Below are positions 27,301-39,086 of a DNA stretch of 64,000 bases, in pieces (position 1 is the stretch's first letter; each line of letters begins with the position of its first letter). Source of the stretch: Balanoglossus misakiensis (Eukaryota > Animalia > Hemichordata); NCBI GenBank assembly GCA_040954595.2, contig CM082592.2, positions 7,613,677 through 7,677,676 on the forward strand. Reading direction: 5' to 3'. Made by a program: the position numbers and the translations under genes. A model generated the notes under the pieces. That model ran no database searches. It was not told the origin of the DNA and saw only the letters and a list, made by a program, of their open reading frames with translations.

Positions 27301-28849
27301 TTCCTTGTTCCACTGTCTGTTTGCATGGTTATTAGTTTGCTGCAGAGGAGAGCTGTGAACATTTATCTTGTTCAGCTGTAAACTTGACAATTATGCAGGC
27401 ACTGACTGATCCAGAAAGATACCCCTGTGGCCAATAAGGCATCTTATCAAGCAAATTGTCCATTATGTCAAACATCTGAGATAAATATGCCCTAAGACAA
27501 ACCTCTCTCTACTCTCAACACAGACATATTGGCACTGCCTTATCAGTGATAAAGATGGCAAATATTCTGGTTATAAGAATGATGCAGTCGGATTTCTGCG
27601 TACGTGAGATACCTCTATGATTTATGATGTCCTCACAGCAGTTGTTCTTCGCAAGAATATTTATTAATATAGAAATTTCCAATGTAGGCCAAAGGGCCAG
27701 TTCATTTTAATATGGAAAGGCGTCGTAATTGTCATACTTAGTGCATAGATAAAAAGTGAGACTTTTTTCTGAATAAATGAAATAAGCAGAACAAACAGTT
27801 TTTGAAAAGAAGTACGGTAAACCAGCCAAAAAATATTAAAAGTGAGCAACTTTAACTTTGTCCCTTTAAAGGCCCATGTAACTTGATGTTCTATAGAAAT
27901 AAACAGAACTTTGAAGACGTGCAAGTCTCTTTACAATTACAGCGCAAAGTCTCATATAGTCAACAAATTGGCTGTTGTTGTTTTGCTGTCCAGATAATTT
28001 GCCAGATGAGTGTAATCAATCTCTCTATGCCGTGAGTGTGGTCACTCAATGCTCTCTTTCTCCGTAAAGTATCGACTGGGCTGTACATTAACTGTCATGA
28101 TGTCACAGGCAGCGAGGGCTATCAGCACGTAGCCTTTCAAGAACAGTGCGTTCATGTTGGGGTCGTGACCTTTCACCTGAATCATTGTTGTCACCTGTGA
28201 ATGTCTCTGAAGTTTGGTGTGTTTTCTAGAACGTCTTGGTGTTGTTGCAGTGGCCATGGTCTATTATTAAAACACTGATATTAAAGGTATATTTTATTGT
28301 ACCCATACTAATTAATCCACTTGTAAACACGACTTTGTTTCTCTGTAATATAAGAGAGCTTTATATATGTATAATAGTATTATTTAGCAAAAAAAGTGAA
28401 GGTAAATCCTTAGTGAAAATAAAATATTTCACATTATTTGGATGTGTTCGTGAAAGTGGAAATTGTTGAAATCAACTGATGCAATGCACGTGGCTTTAAA
28501 GACCTTTACTTGAAATCACTTCCACTCTTTCGGGGAAATGAAAATTTGAGATCACAAAGAAGCTAGCCGATTGGGAGAGTTATGATTTCCAGTGTGAGTC
28601 ATGCGACTTTTAACTCCACCCCTATTCAACACTGCTGGGGGGATAGGCAATTGTTATGTAAATATAACATTGTTATACAAATTTTTGTATTAACATAGCC
28701 TACTTACAGGCCTGTTGACCAGGTTGTGCTTGACAGTTATATTTACATTTGTATTCATATGCAAATGTGGGTCATATGGGGGAGGAACATCGCACCAGTT
28801 CTTGCCAGTGCACATAGTGATTTACATCAAGCAGTGTTCGGACACTATT

Positions 28850-29022
28850 ACACCAAGCACGTCATTGACAGAAGTACACAGTTCGCAGAACGGACGACAA
28901 CTTGATGTTGTATGTGGAATACGCTTCAAGAAACAAGCAAGAACCCGTTGGAAGTGAAGAGAGATTTGTTCTTCGTTATTTGAGAGAAGTCAGACAAGTC
29001 CGGCACAATCACCGATTATTGA
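28850..29022 (+). other. Candidate non-coding 5' exon of the GPCR (start approximate)
   Basis: Donor GA|GTGAGT at 29023, upstream CCAAT/AP-1/TATA-like motifs at about 28570-28670, and an unexplained strong acceptor (tctgttctacctctctttgcag) ending at 33300 ahead of the GPCR ATG. Confidence 0.4.
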
Positions 29023-32000
29023 GTGAGTATATCATTTATTGTCATTCAGTTAGTATTGTCATACCTGTCTCAAGAAGTCAACTATGTTTTATCAGGGAGA
29101 GTCTCAAGTCTGATATTTGTTAATTGCTAGATTAGGTTTGTTACTTGGTTCGTATATTTATCTGTTAATTGTAAAAATATTTACCTGTTAATTGTCAACA
29201 TTTGTGAAACATTACTTGTGCCAATAACTCGGGCCATATAAATATATGTCTATGTTTACATCTCACCAAAGTCAATAGACAAATGGTTAAGTGGTAAAGG
29301 ACACTAAATTTAACTGCCTTTGCAGTTCACTCTATATCCACATGTAGAATAACATAAACAGTGTCTTGTATCAAATATAATTAATGGTAAAAGGGCAGCG
29401 AGAGAGAGACTTTGTCCTTTTAATCAAAGTTTTTCAATTTTTTTTTTCTGAAGATGAAGCTGATAACAACTTGCTCCGGCAAATGGATGATATTTGATTT
29501 TATCATTCCCATTAACTCCTTCATTATATGGATATGGTCATGGCTTGCATCATTAAAAGGGTTATCGGAGCGAAACTAAATACCTTCTAGGGTGTCCTGC
29601 TTATTGACATGGAAATCGGTGTCACTGCATCAATGGCACACGAGTCGACCTTTTTTATGAAATGGTCAGCAGCGTTTTATAAGGTTGTTGCACCTTCTTT
29701 AGTTTTCAGAGACAGTTATTTGGTACGAGCTCTGTTCACATTTTTGTCACAAGGTTTTTTTAAAATCAAGCACACTATAGTGGTTGTTGTTAGATGAGTC
29801 TCAATGTTTGTTTCTTGTTCTACGTACTTCTTGTACTCCCCAATGTTGACATTTGCAGTATTCAACATATCGTGTACAGTTATGTTCTAAATACTTGAAT
29901 ACTTGGCATGTTTTAGCAGAAAGATAAGTTTTTCCAAGCTTTATCTGTGACTACTTCTGCCGGATCCAAAAGAATTTTGTTGTTTTACGCAGAATGAGTT
30001 GGAAACACAGAAGTCAGACAAAACAAAACACAGGTGCACGATTGTTTGTTTTTGGTGGCGAAGTGTTGTTTACAGTGACTGAGTCTAGCACCATTTGATG
30101 ATGTGACGTATTGCAATAAATCTCCCTAAATGTCTTTCTGTTCTGGCGTAGGTCAGCTGGTCACTTCTGACCACAAACTTTTAGCCCCAGGCGAAATAAT
30201 CTTGATAAACCAAAAGACTTGTGCCCTCAAAAGAAGTCATGTTTTTAGTGTTTGTTCTTTTAGATTTTAGAGCCACAGAAATGTGATTTATGTTGCAGTG
30301 TTAAACCATATGTTGTCAACAGCCATTGATTGCAGAACGAACTCAGACAAATTGATATGGTGGTATTGATGGCGGAGATGGTGTTTGGGTTGGGACACTG
30401 TTCAGCTAAAGCTTATGTCAATCTTTCAAATGTCATCCTTTTACCGTTAAAAGCCTTTTGGTGTTTATTTGAAATATAAATATACCAAGAATATAAAAGA
30501 AATGTTAATAGATAGAGAGAAATTCAAGAAAGAAGAGTGTAATTTGAAAGGAAAAAACCATAAGCAAGGCATGGGTCAATACTTTTAGGAGAACTCTGAT
30601 TTCTGAGAAACAGTTCTGCGTGAAAATCAGCCTCTTGGCAGGGTGTATAAATATAACCTCAACAGGACTGGGGCTTTAGTCGAGCATTGACCCTCACTGA
30701 GAGAAATACAGCAGTTGTTTTCACAAGTTTTTTCGCGTCACAGTCCCACGACCCTGCTTTAACACCTGTTGAGCAATTAAAAAACAACAACAAGACAGAT
30801 GGACAATAAATAGCAACAAAATTTGAAGACTGGAATTTCTTTTCAGTCCAGTAGTGTTATCGGCAATGTTATGTCAATGCACGACTGAACTCCGCCTTTT
30901 GTCACCAGGGAATGTACTGTGTAGTTAATATGTTTTATACGACAAGACTATGCCCATATACTGTACAATTTATAGCATGTTTGAGAATGCAGAACAGTTC
31001 ATGGTCTGAATCAAATCCCATGTCTCGGCAGTAAACAAGGAAATGTGCAAACATTCGATAAATATTTATCGGGTTGTTAAAATGGCATGAATTGAGGTTT
31101 GCTTATTTTATCAATTAAGTGGATGTGACCATATCAAGAAACTGGAGTAGATACAGAAAACAGAAATACTGAAAACATGGCGAAAAGTTACAGCTAATGG
31201 TCAGGATGGTATTTCTGCTGATAATTTGCCGCAAGCAGTATGCATTAATCTTCCAAGTAACTACTTCTGAGAATGTTCCAGGAAGTTTTTTTTACAGCCA
31301 TAAGTGATTTTGTAGGATATTTGCCATGCTGGCAGGAACTGCAGAAAATGAGGAAAGCATCAAGTTGCATCACTTGGGGAGTCCGCATCAATGCTGAGTA
31401 TTACATGTTTGTTTGACAATCAATGGATAATTGCCCAATCACAGGAAATTGGTGATTCAGCCATTAATGGCTTTTCCCCCAGTTTAATGTTGCAAAACCC
31501 TAAGTTTCCACAAAATAGTTGACTTCCATAGGGCCATTTAGTAATTCTCCTAAAATTTATTTCTAAAATATCCTTTCTGGATTTCCTTTAACCAATATGA
31601 AGATATTCATCCATTTTGTTACCATCTTCAACAGTCAGAGATCTGCAGAAACGTGTTGAAAATGGAATTTAAGGCTTTTGGAGCAAGTGTAAATTTTCTA
31701 CAAAAGATCTAAATACATGTATCACATCTCAATGCCATAGCGTGGTTAACTCTTCCTGTATTTTGTGCTTTCATGGAAAGTTCACATGAAAAGAGGATAG
31801 GAAGATGTCGAGAAGATTGAGTTGATGCAGATTAACCCAATGTGGTTAATCTCAATGAGGCCACTAGGAAGAATTTTTACGTTACCCTAATACCCAGTAT
31901 ACAATTAGTTAATTACATTGCCTGACAGCTTGTTCTTGAGCTTCCACACCCTTTAGTAGAATCTTAAATTGATACTCGTACATAAAACATAATTACTGAA

Positions 32001-33462
32001 ACTTCAGCGTCTGATGTTCACTTTATCACCTTGACAGCACCGAGGAGTGTCCATGTGACATACATGTAAAACCACCACAGAGGCTTAATTGATAGTGAGA
32101 GGAGGAAAGAGAAATATCAGCATGCTGTTCAAGATTTTGGATTTTCATACAAAGACGCTTATCGAGCGATCCAGAGTGTAGAGAGAATGTAGCCCAGTAC
32201 TTTGATGTGTGAAATGAATACAAACTAGTCGCTACTCAAACTTTAATGCTGGCTTCAGATGACTCACCATAAGATACTGATCCTCTTTGGGTGATATTCC
32301 TCGTTTATTGAATTCTCCCTGAATAACGATGAAATGCCTGCCTATCAACTACATGTAGGCCCTCTTAATGCTCTCCATTAGATCATAGATACTCAAGTGT
32401 CTTATGACTTGGCTGACCCAGAGCTTTGTATTGGTGCACTTAGTCTGCAACAGAACCTAGCCTTCACATTTTTTTCGCTTTTGCGCATGCACTCACACTT
32501 TGCTGGTATGTTGTGTGTATTATAGACTAGAAGCCAGCACTGTAGAGAAGCTTAGCGTTTATATACTGCAGACACTGATCAGTGACATCTTGCACAGAAA
32601 TCATACTGTCCTAGAAACCCATATGATGGCCATATTTAGTTTCATGGCCCGACCTCCGCAGTGAATTCCCTAATGCATTGATGGCCATGCAAACAATATC
32701 AAATTTAGCCTTTGTGGTTTTGGATTCAAAGAAACTAGACGAAAGATCATTTTAGCAGCAGGAAAACATTCCTGTATTCGGCCACAAACTAAGTGGGATA
32801 ATTGTGGGTAATTGCAATGCCCTTTTCCCGATGTTAACCTATCTAAACTGATGTGATAATTTGATGGTTAGTTTCTGAGAACTCCCCATGATATGACGTC
32901 ACCAACAGACCCTGAACAGCATCCTCCTGAGAGAAATTTCAAGAGGCATACTGTATGTTTAGTTATGCACAGCTAACCTTTTTTCCTGTTTAATCTCCCA
33001 TGGCCAAATGAACAGTTCTGAGCACTATTTTAGACCTTATTAATTTAATTTCTGCCTATGACCATGCAAATATTCCACATGTATGTAGGGCTGTGTTCAA
33101 TGCTCAAGCCAAAATTAGGGACTATGATCGAAACTACATTTCGCGTGTAGTTTTAAAGTTTATAGATTTTGGTCAGTTTTGGGTATTACAGTAGTCATTG
33201 TCATATATTGCCGCTTCTTTGGAAAAGATTGTGGCTTTTAATATAAATGGGGCAATGTTGGATTGTCAATAATAACTTTCTGTTCTACCTCTCTTTGCAG
33301 AATTCGGAAAATACAGCATCTGATGCAGTTTCAGTCAGGAAGAAATATCCTGTTCTCGCACCAGAATTGACTTGCTTAAACCCGAGCGACAGGATATTAT
33401 TCACTTGTACAGTGATATGAATCAGTAATCAGCTCCTATTTTGAAAAAAATCCTGTTGAACA

Positions 33463-35100
33463 ATGCTGAATGTAACCATGAGTTATGAAGACTTGGTGGA
33501 TGGTCCCGGGCCGCCATACTGGGCACTTCATTCCAAAATCGTTCTCACTCTGACCCTAGTTTTGATAATCATCGCCAGCTTGGTTGGCAACGGGATGGTG
33601 ATTTTAGTCGTGCTGTTGAACAAGAGGATGAAGACGAGAACTAATGTGTTCATTATGAGCCTGGCCATCGCAGATATCGGCCTCACTGGAATCTGCATGC
33701 CTTTCTCGTTGATCACCGTCGTCATGGGAGACTGGATCTTCAGCGACACCCTGTGCTACTTTGACGCGTTTGCCAACGCTTTTTTCTTCATTGCGTCTCT
33801 GCAGAGTCTGATGTACATCGCAATTTTCAAATTCTTCTGCATCATGCATCCGTTGAGGCGCATCATAACGCGGAGGAGGGTGATCCTGATGACCGTCGTC
33901 ATATGGATTGCGGCGTTGTTCTGCGCCAGCGGGCCGCTCTTCGGGTGGACCGAGAACGAATACAAACCGGCCGCCACCCAGTGCGGTCCTGCCTACCCGC
34001 AGACAATCAAGCAGAAGTCACACGCGATCAGCATTGCAATGATCGGCTACGTGATTCCGCTGGCGACCATGGCAATCTGCTACAGCAGGATGTTCTACGC
34101 CATCCACCTGCACTCCAAGCGACTGCAGCAGAACACGAGCATGACGCCCCTGGCGATCTCCAACACGCAGAAACGGACAACGATGACCATGTTCATCATC
34201 ATGGCAGCTTTCCTGCTGTGCTGGACACCCTATTTCATCTACGCCATCTGGGCCATATCGCAAGACTACCACGGCATCCCGCTGTGGTTTAACTCATTTG
34301 CATACTGGTGCGGGTATGCAAATTCTGCCGTGAATCCCATTGTTTACGCCTGGAGGTACGATTCCTACAAAGTGGCTTTCAAAAGACTTTTGCTGTGCCA
34401 GAATGGTGCACCTCTCTTATCAAGTAAGTCTTTGCTCACGTGGTAGAGAAAATAATTTATTTAAAAAAAAAATTTTTAGCTTACGAGAAATAGAAATTTT
34501 ATATAACCACAGAATTGATAGTTAAATAGGCATTTTGTGATTTTAATTTGCAATTCCAAGGTTTTTCATTGTGATTAAATTTGTTTTAATCTTTGGCTTG
34601 CAGGCAGCACTCCAATGACGGGCTCACCCGTTTCTTCAAGAAAGTCCAGTTTAGCCATGACGCCGCAACTGGTTGCCAAGTTCAATAAGGTCACCACCGC
34701 GGCCACTATGGAAAGCATGCCACTGGGCAGCCCAATCGTCAACATCAAGAAAATCCAGCCACCGCCGTTGCCAGATCTTCCGTCCTCCAACGGAATTCAC
34801 ACCCATTTGGGAAATTGCGGAGCAGGGAATAAGACGGACCGCACCCAGCACCTGGACAGGGATTGGAGCAAAAGCGAGGCGGATTTCGACGGCGTGTTCG
34901 TCAACGCCAGTGATGGATTGATGGGCGGGAAGACCAGTCGGAGGAAGAGCATCGTCAAATTCATCAGGACCCGCTTCAAGAGCACACCGGTGGGAGACGA
35001 GCTGAAGGATGAGTCCGAGGATGAGGACGAAGTGCTGAAGATCGGGTCTTGTCCAACTAGTTTAGAATACACAACAGCCAATGATGGACAGAGCTGCTGA
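33463..35100 (+). CDS. Orphan rhodopsin-family (class A) GPCR, 2 coding exons, about 485 aa
   Basis: Exons 33463-34423 and 34604-35100 join in phase 1. Seven hydrophobic segments with GN (TM1), LAIAD (TM2), TM3 Cys, W4.50, CWTPY (TM6), NPIVY (TM7) and a long Ser/Thr-rich tail. Confidence 0.93.
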
Positions 35101-35925
35101 TTGATAAACGGACCACTGAGACATATTTGTGTGACTTGCGACGTTTCACAGCAACTTGTAATAACCACAGGAGCGCGTCAAATGCCATTGCTAATTCATC
35201 AGCCGTGAATGAGATGTAGTTGCCAACATTCCCACTTCCCCCCTCATGCATAAACTTGATCAGCAAGTTATGAGACAAAAAAATACATCTACCACAAAGA
35301 TCAGACGATGGTATTTATTAGGCCATTAACAAAATCTATAAAGCGTTACAATTTTACTTTTTAATAACTCACAATTACACTCCAGTACATCACACATTTA
35401 ATCAGTTTCAATGTCATCTTTATAAGTAAGGATATTGCAAACTACAAGATTAACTTGCTATACATTGTTATTATAATCCTGAGATCCAGGTTTAATCATT
35501 CAAGACCTTGTCAAAATTTTCTGTCTCCATCATGGAAATAAAAATATTTGCAACTGAACATGCTGTAAATTTTTTCTGGTCACATAATATTGCAAGGAAC
35601 CAGGTTAGTGACTGGAAAAAAGATTTTCAAAAATGGCAGCCCCAAGCAGGAAGGATATAGGAAGGAAATTTTCCATTGACCTTAATTGTACTTTCGCATA
35701 TCATTTCTCATGAGCCTAATTTACTGGCCTCCAGCCATTTTCTGCACTTTCTGTGAAAATGTCTGCTGTAAGGAATTGTGCGCTTTTAGTTTCTCTGCAA
35801 ATATACACTGTACTCTTGATTCATGTGAAGAGACACAGATAAGGTATTTTTTCTCTTTGTCTGTGATAGTATCATGGTGGTGATAGGATTAAATCAATCC
35901 AAACCCTACAGGGGGGTTTCCAAAT

Positions 35926-36398
35926 TCACTGCACCAACTGGCCTCCCAGAGCTCGGAGAAGGAGCGAATAAACGGCAAATGTGACTGCATTGACTGGGAA
36001 TCCACGGATGCAGTTGATTCCCAATCCGGTCCAGAACACCCGGAATCCACCCGACTTGTAACTGTCGGCAAAGCAGTGCAGCACGCCGCGATACATCTGA
36101 CCCCTCACACCGTCGGCCTGCAGCCGGTTTTTGACGACGTCAAGCGGATTGATTGCGGCCCAAGAGGAGGTACCCGCTACCCCTCCCGCTAGCAACAGCA
36201 CCCAGGTGCTCGGGTGACGCCTTCCTTCGGGAGTCAATCGAGCGCACAGAACTCCGTAGGTCAGGAAGTATATTCCCGATGCCAGTACATCCCGGAATGC
36301 CATGACTGGGAGACCCCGGTAGCAGCCCTTTATTCCCTCAGCTCTGAAGATGCTGGTAATACAATGGATTGGCCCGCTGTAATTTGTGAACGCCTGCC
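35926..36398 (-). CDS. Alternative terminal exon C of the SLC25 carrier (isoform 296 aa)
   Basis: Acceptor ttccttacatttcag|GG in phase 1, open 473 nt to TGA; close paralogue of exon A. AATAAA on - at 35314-35319. Confidence 0.85.
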
Positions 36399-37128
36399 CT
36401 GAAATGTAAGGAAATTTCAAATTCTAGATCAGGTGTATGACAGTATGGAGAGGACATTTCAAGACCTTGTGCAGATCTTGAAGTTCTACAAGGAAACAAA
36501 GAATCATATTTATTGAATCGGGAGATTGAATGTCAGTGTAGCCCTTCCACCACCATGGTTCGGTCCCAATCCATTGTGCACAGCAAATAGGGACTGATGT
36601 TATTGTAAGATGGATGAATAACAAGGACACGGAATTGTATTGCAATGGAATATTTATTCATATTTTAATATGAAATCTGTCCATCACAGACTGGAAATTC
36701 TTGGATTAGTGATAGACCCAATTGAAAATTCAACACTACTCTCTCTCTGGGAATTGGTATGTCTTTTGTAAATTCTGAGAACACTTGAAAAATTCACAAA
36801 TTAGTTACACACCACTATAAAGTCGGCCATAGCATTTGTCTCAATTTAAAAAATACTGACTTTAAGTACTGTAGATTGCATTCTGGTGCACCCACACCTG
36901 TGATTATTCATTAACATTCAGTGTGTCGAAGACTGAGCTATGCTCCTTTCTTTTGAAGACATTTTGCATATAATATAGTGAGTGATTGGGCTGTATGGTT
37001 TGACCATGAATAAGCCTTAGGCATTGTTACTGCAGCTTCAAAAGTTAATGCCATAGGCTTCAATGATTTGTTTGGACTAGCTACCATGCAAATGAAAATA
37101 AGTAAAAGGCGAAAAATGATACAACTCC

Positions 37129-37625
37129 TCATTTGGCAGCTGCCCTGCTGTGTTCCCCGAACGCGCGTAAAGTGAGTGAGTACACAGTGAAGGTGATGGC
37201 ACTGACTGGGAAGTCGCCCAGAGAATTGATGGAGAGGCCGGTGCAGAACGCTCGGACGCCCCCGGTCCTGTAAGTGTCCACGACACAGTGCCACAAGTTG
37301 CGGTATTTGTGTTCGTGTACTCCGTCGGCTTGCATTTTGCTTTTGATGACGTCGACGGGCGTGATCGACCCCCAGGCGAAAATCCCCGCCGTCCCTCCGG
37401 CGACAAAGAGGGCCCAGGGGCTAGGCTGGCTGTGTCCCGACAGAGTGAGTTCCCGGCACAGCAGTTCGTAGAGCAGGAAGTATATGCCGCATGCGGGAAC
37501 ATCCCGGGCGGCCGTGGACAGCATTCCCCGGAAGAGGCCGCGTGGTCCCTCATTCTGGATCACTTTGTTGACACAGTGGATCGGCCCTCTGTAATTCGGG
37601 AAGTGTCCTATTGAAGAAGTCTGAC
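37129..37625 (-). CDS. Alternative terminal exon B of the SLC25 carrier (isoform 304 aa)
   Basis: Acceptor ttggtttcag|GT in phase 1, open 497 nt to TGA; encodes H4-H6 (RDVP, TPVDVIKSKMQ, INSLGDFPVSA). AATAAA on - at 36653-36658. Confidence 0.85.
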
Positions 37626-37830
37626 CTGAAACCAACAAGGGCAAATGATAAGTAGTAAATGCCTGCTTGTTTGTTTGTGCCTGTACTGATGGTCAAACTT
37701 TTGCAAAAAGACATTGTACACAGATTCATCCTAAACGTCAATCTGTGCCTACAAGCGCAATATATAACACAACAACCACTACTTCATGGTGTATTGCATG
37801 AAGCAATACTCTGCATTTATAATATAATAT

Positions 37831-37963
37831 CAAAGTGTAGGATATAGAATATAGTCGACCGCAGTTCCTGTCTTCTGAATGTTCTTATTATCACGTTTTT
37901 TTTAACAAGGAACATTCAGAAGATGGGAACTGCGGTCGAGCATATTTTATATTCTACACTTTG
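37831..37963. repeat. Long inverted repeat / fold-back (arms of about 57 bp)
   Basis: caaagtgtaggatatagaatatagtcgaccgcagttcctgtcttctgaatgttc is matched by the reverse complement of gaacattcagaagatgggaactgcggtcgagcatattttatattctacactttg, with few mismatches. Confidence 0.9.
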
Positions 37964-39086
37964 TCATGCGTTGTATGTGCTCCCATCTTCAACTGAAGCA
38001 GCTACTGTGTGCAGTGACTGTTGGACTGAATTTCCTCTTTATAATATTATGAGCTGAATAGCTCACTCCTCCATACAACTAGTATGACTTGGCAATGTCA
38101 TGATCATGTTGGATGCTGTGTCTTTCATTGCAACATTCTGTTTTCTGGCTTTACCATAGAGGGGGCACTGCTAGAGATGTTAAACAAAGGGTTTCATGAC
38201 AGAATCCTGTTCATTAGACCACTAGTGAGTTTGTGTGTGTAATGGGACCGTGATCCTTCCAGACAAAGTCAAAACTTTGACAGATATATTATAATAAACA
38301 ATTTTATTTCACAACACTAATCAACAAACTTTACATGAATATTAGTAGGTAAAGGTTGTCTTGGCTAAGATCGGATTGATCAGGGAACAGTTTGGAACCC
38401 TTTAAAAACAATTACATAAACTGCCTAAAATCTGTTCAAAATATCCTTCACAAAACATAAGAATTCTGCACATCTTTATAAAAGATGATGGATAATCACT
38501 AAAACTTTTTAAGACTGAGTTAAGGTGCTTTTGACACAATATTAATTAGACATTGTTACCAATGTATTATACATATCATTAGCCGTTAATTTCAAAAAAT
38601 GATAAATTTACGCTATTAAACCATTACTACTCTCATAATGAGCCAGCAGACAATCTTTGACATTTTCTTGATCTTACAAAGAATCACTTGTTTGTGCGTC
38701 ACATTATTTGAAGTCCGAACAGTCTGCCAGTCTTACTGGCATGTCCATTTGGTTGATAATGTTTAATGAATTTTGATTCTATATAAAAATAAAAGTCGCA
38801 TATTTCTTTAGTACGTTGCAGACTTAAATTTCTTAAGGTTATTTATAGTGCCTTTTTAATAATATTGCACAAGTCAAAGGTGTTAGAGGCACATAGATTC
38901 AATTGTTGAGTTACATTGGTAATAATGTAAGATCCTTTCAGTTTTAGATTTGAAATTATGTTGCTGATATGTAATATTAGTGTGCTGGAGGAGAAATTAC
39001 TAGTAATACAGTTAACTTTTCATATGGCCACTCCCCCTTGCTGTGGGACAGAGGCTTCATTCTGGACTATTCAACCCTGCAGTGTT

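Noticed and set aside
24600-33300. Short ORFs in the long region upstream of the GPCR
   Set aside because: No motifs, coding-like composition or consistent splice chain; treated as intronic or regulatory.
35926-37644. Exons B and C as independent SLC25 genes or pseudogenes
   Set aside because: They have no H1-H3 exons or promoters of their own, both begin at phase-matched acceptors and both are intact. Alternative last exons is the simpler explanation, pending RNA data.
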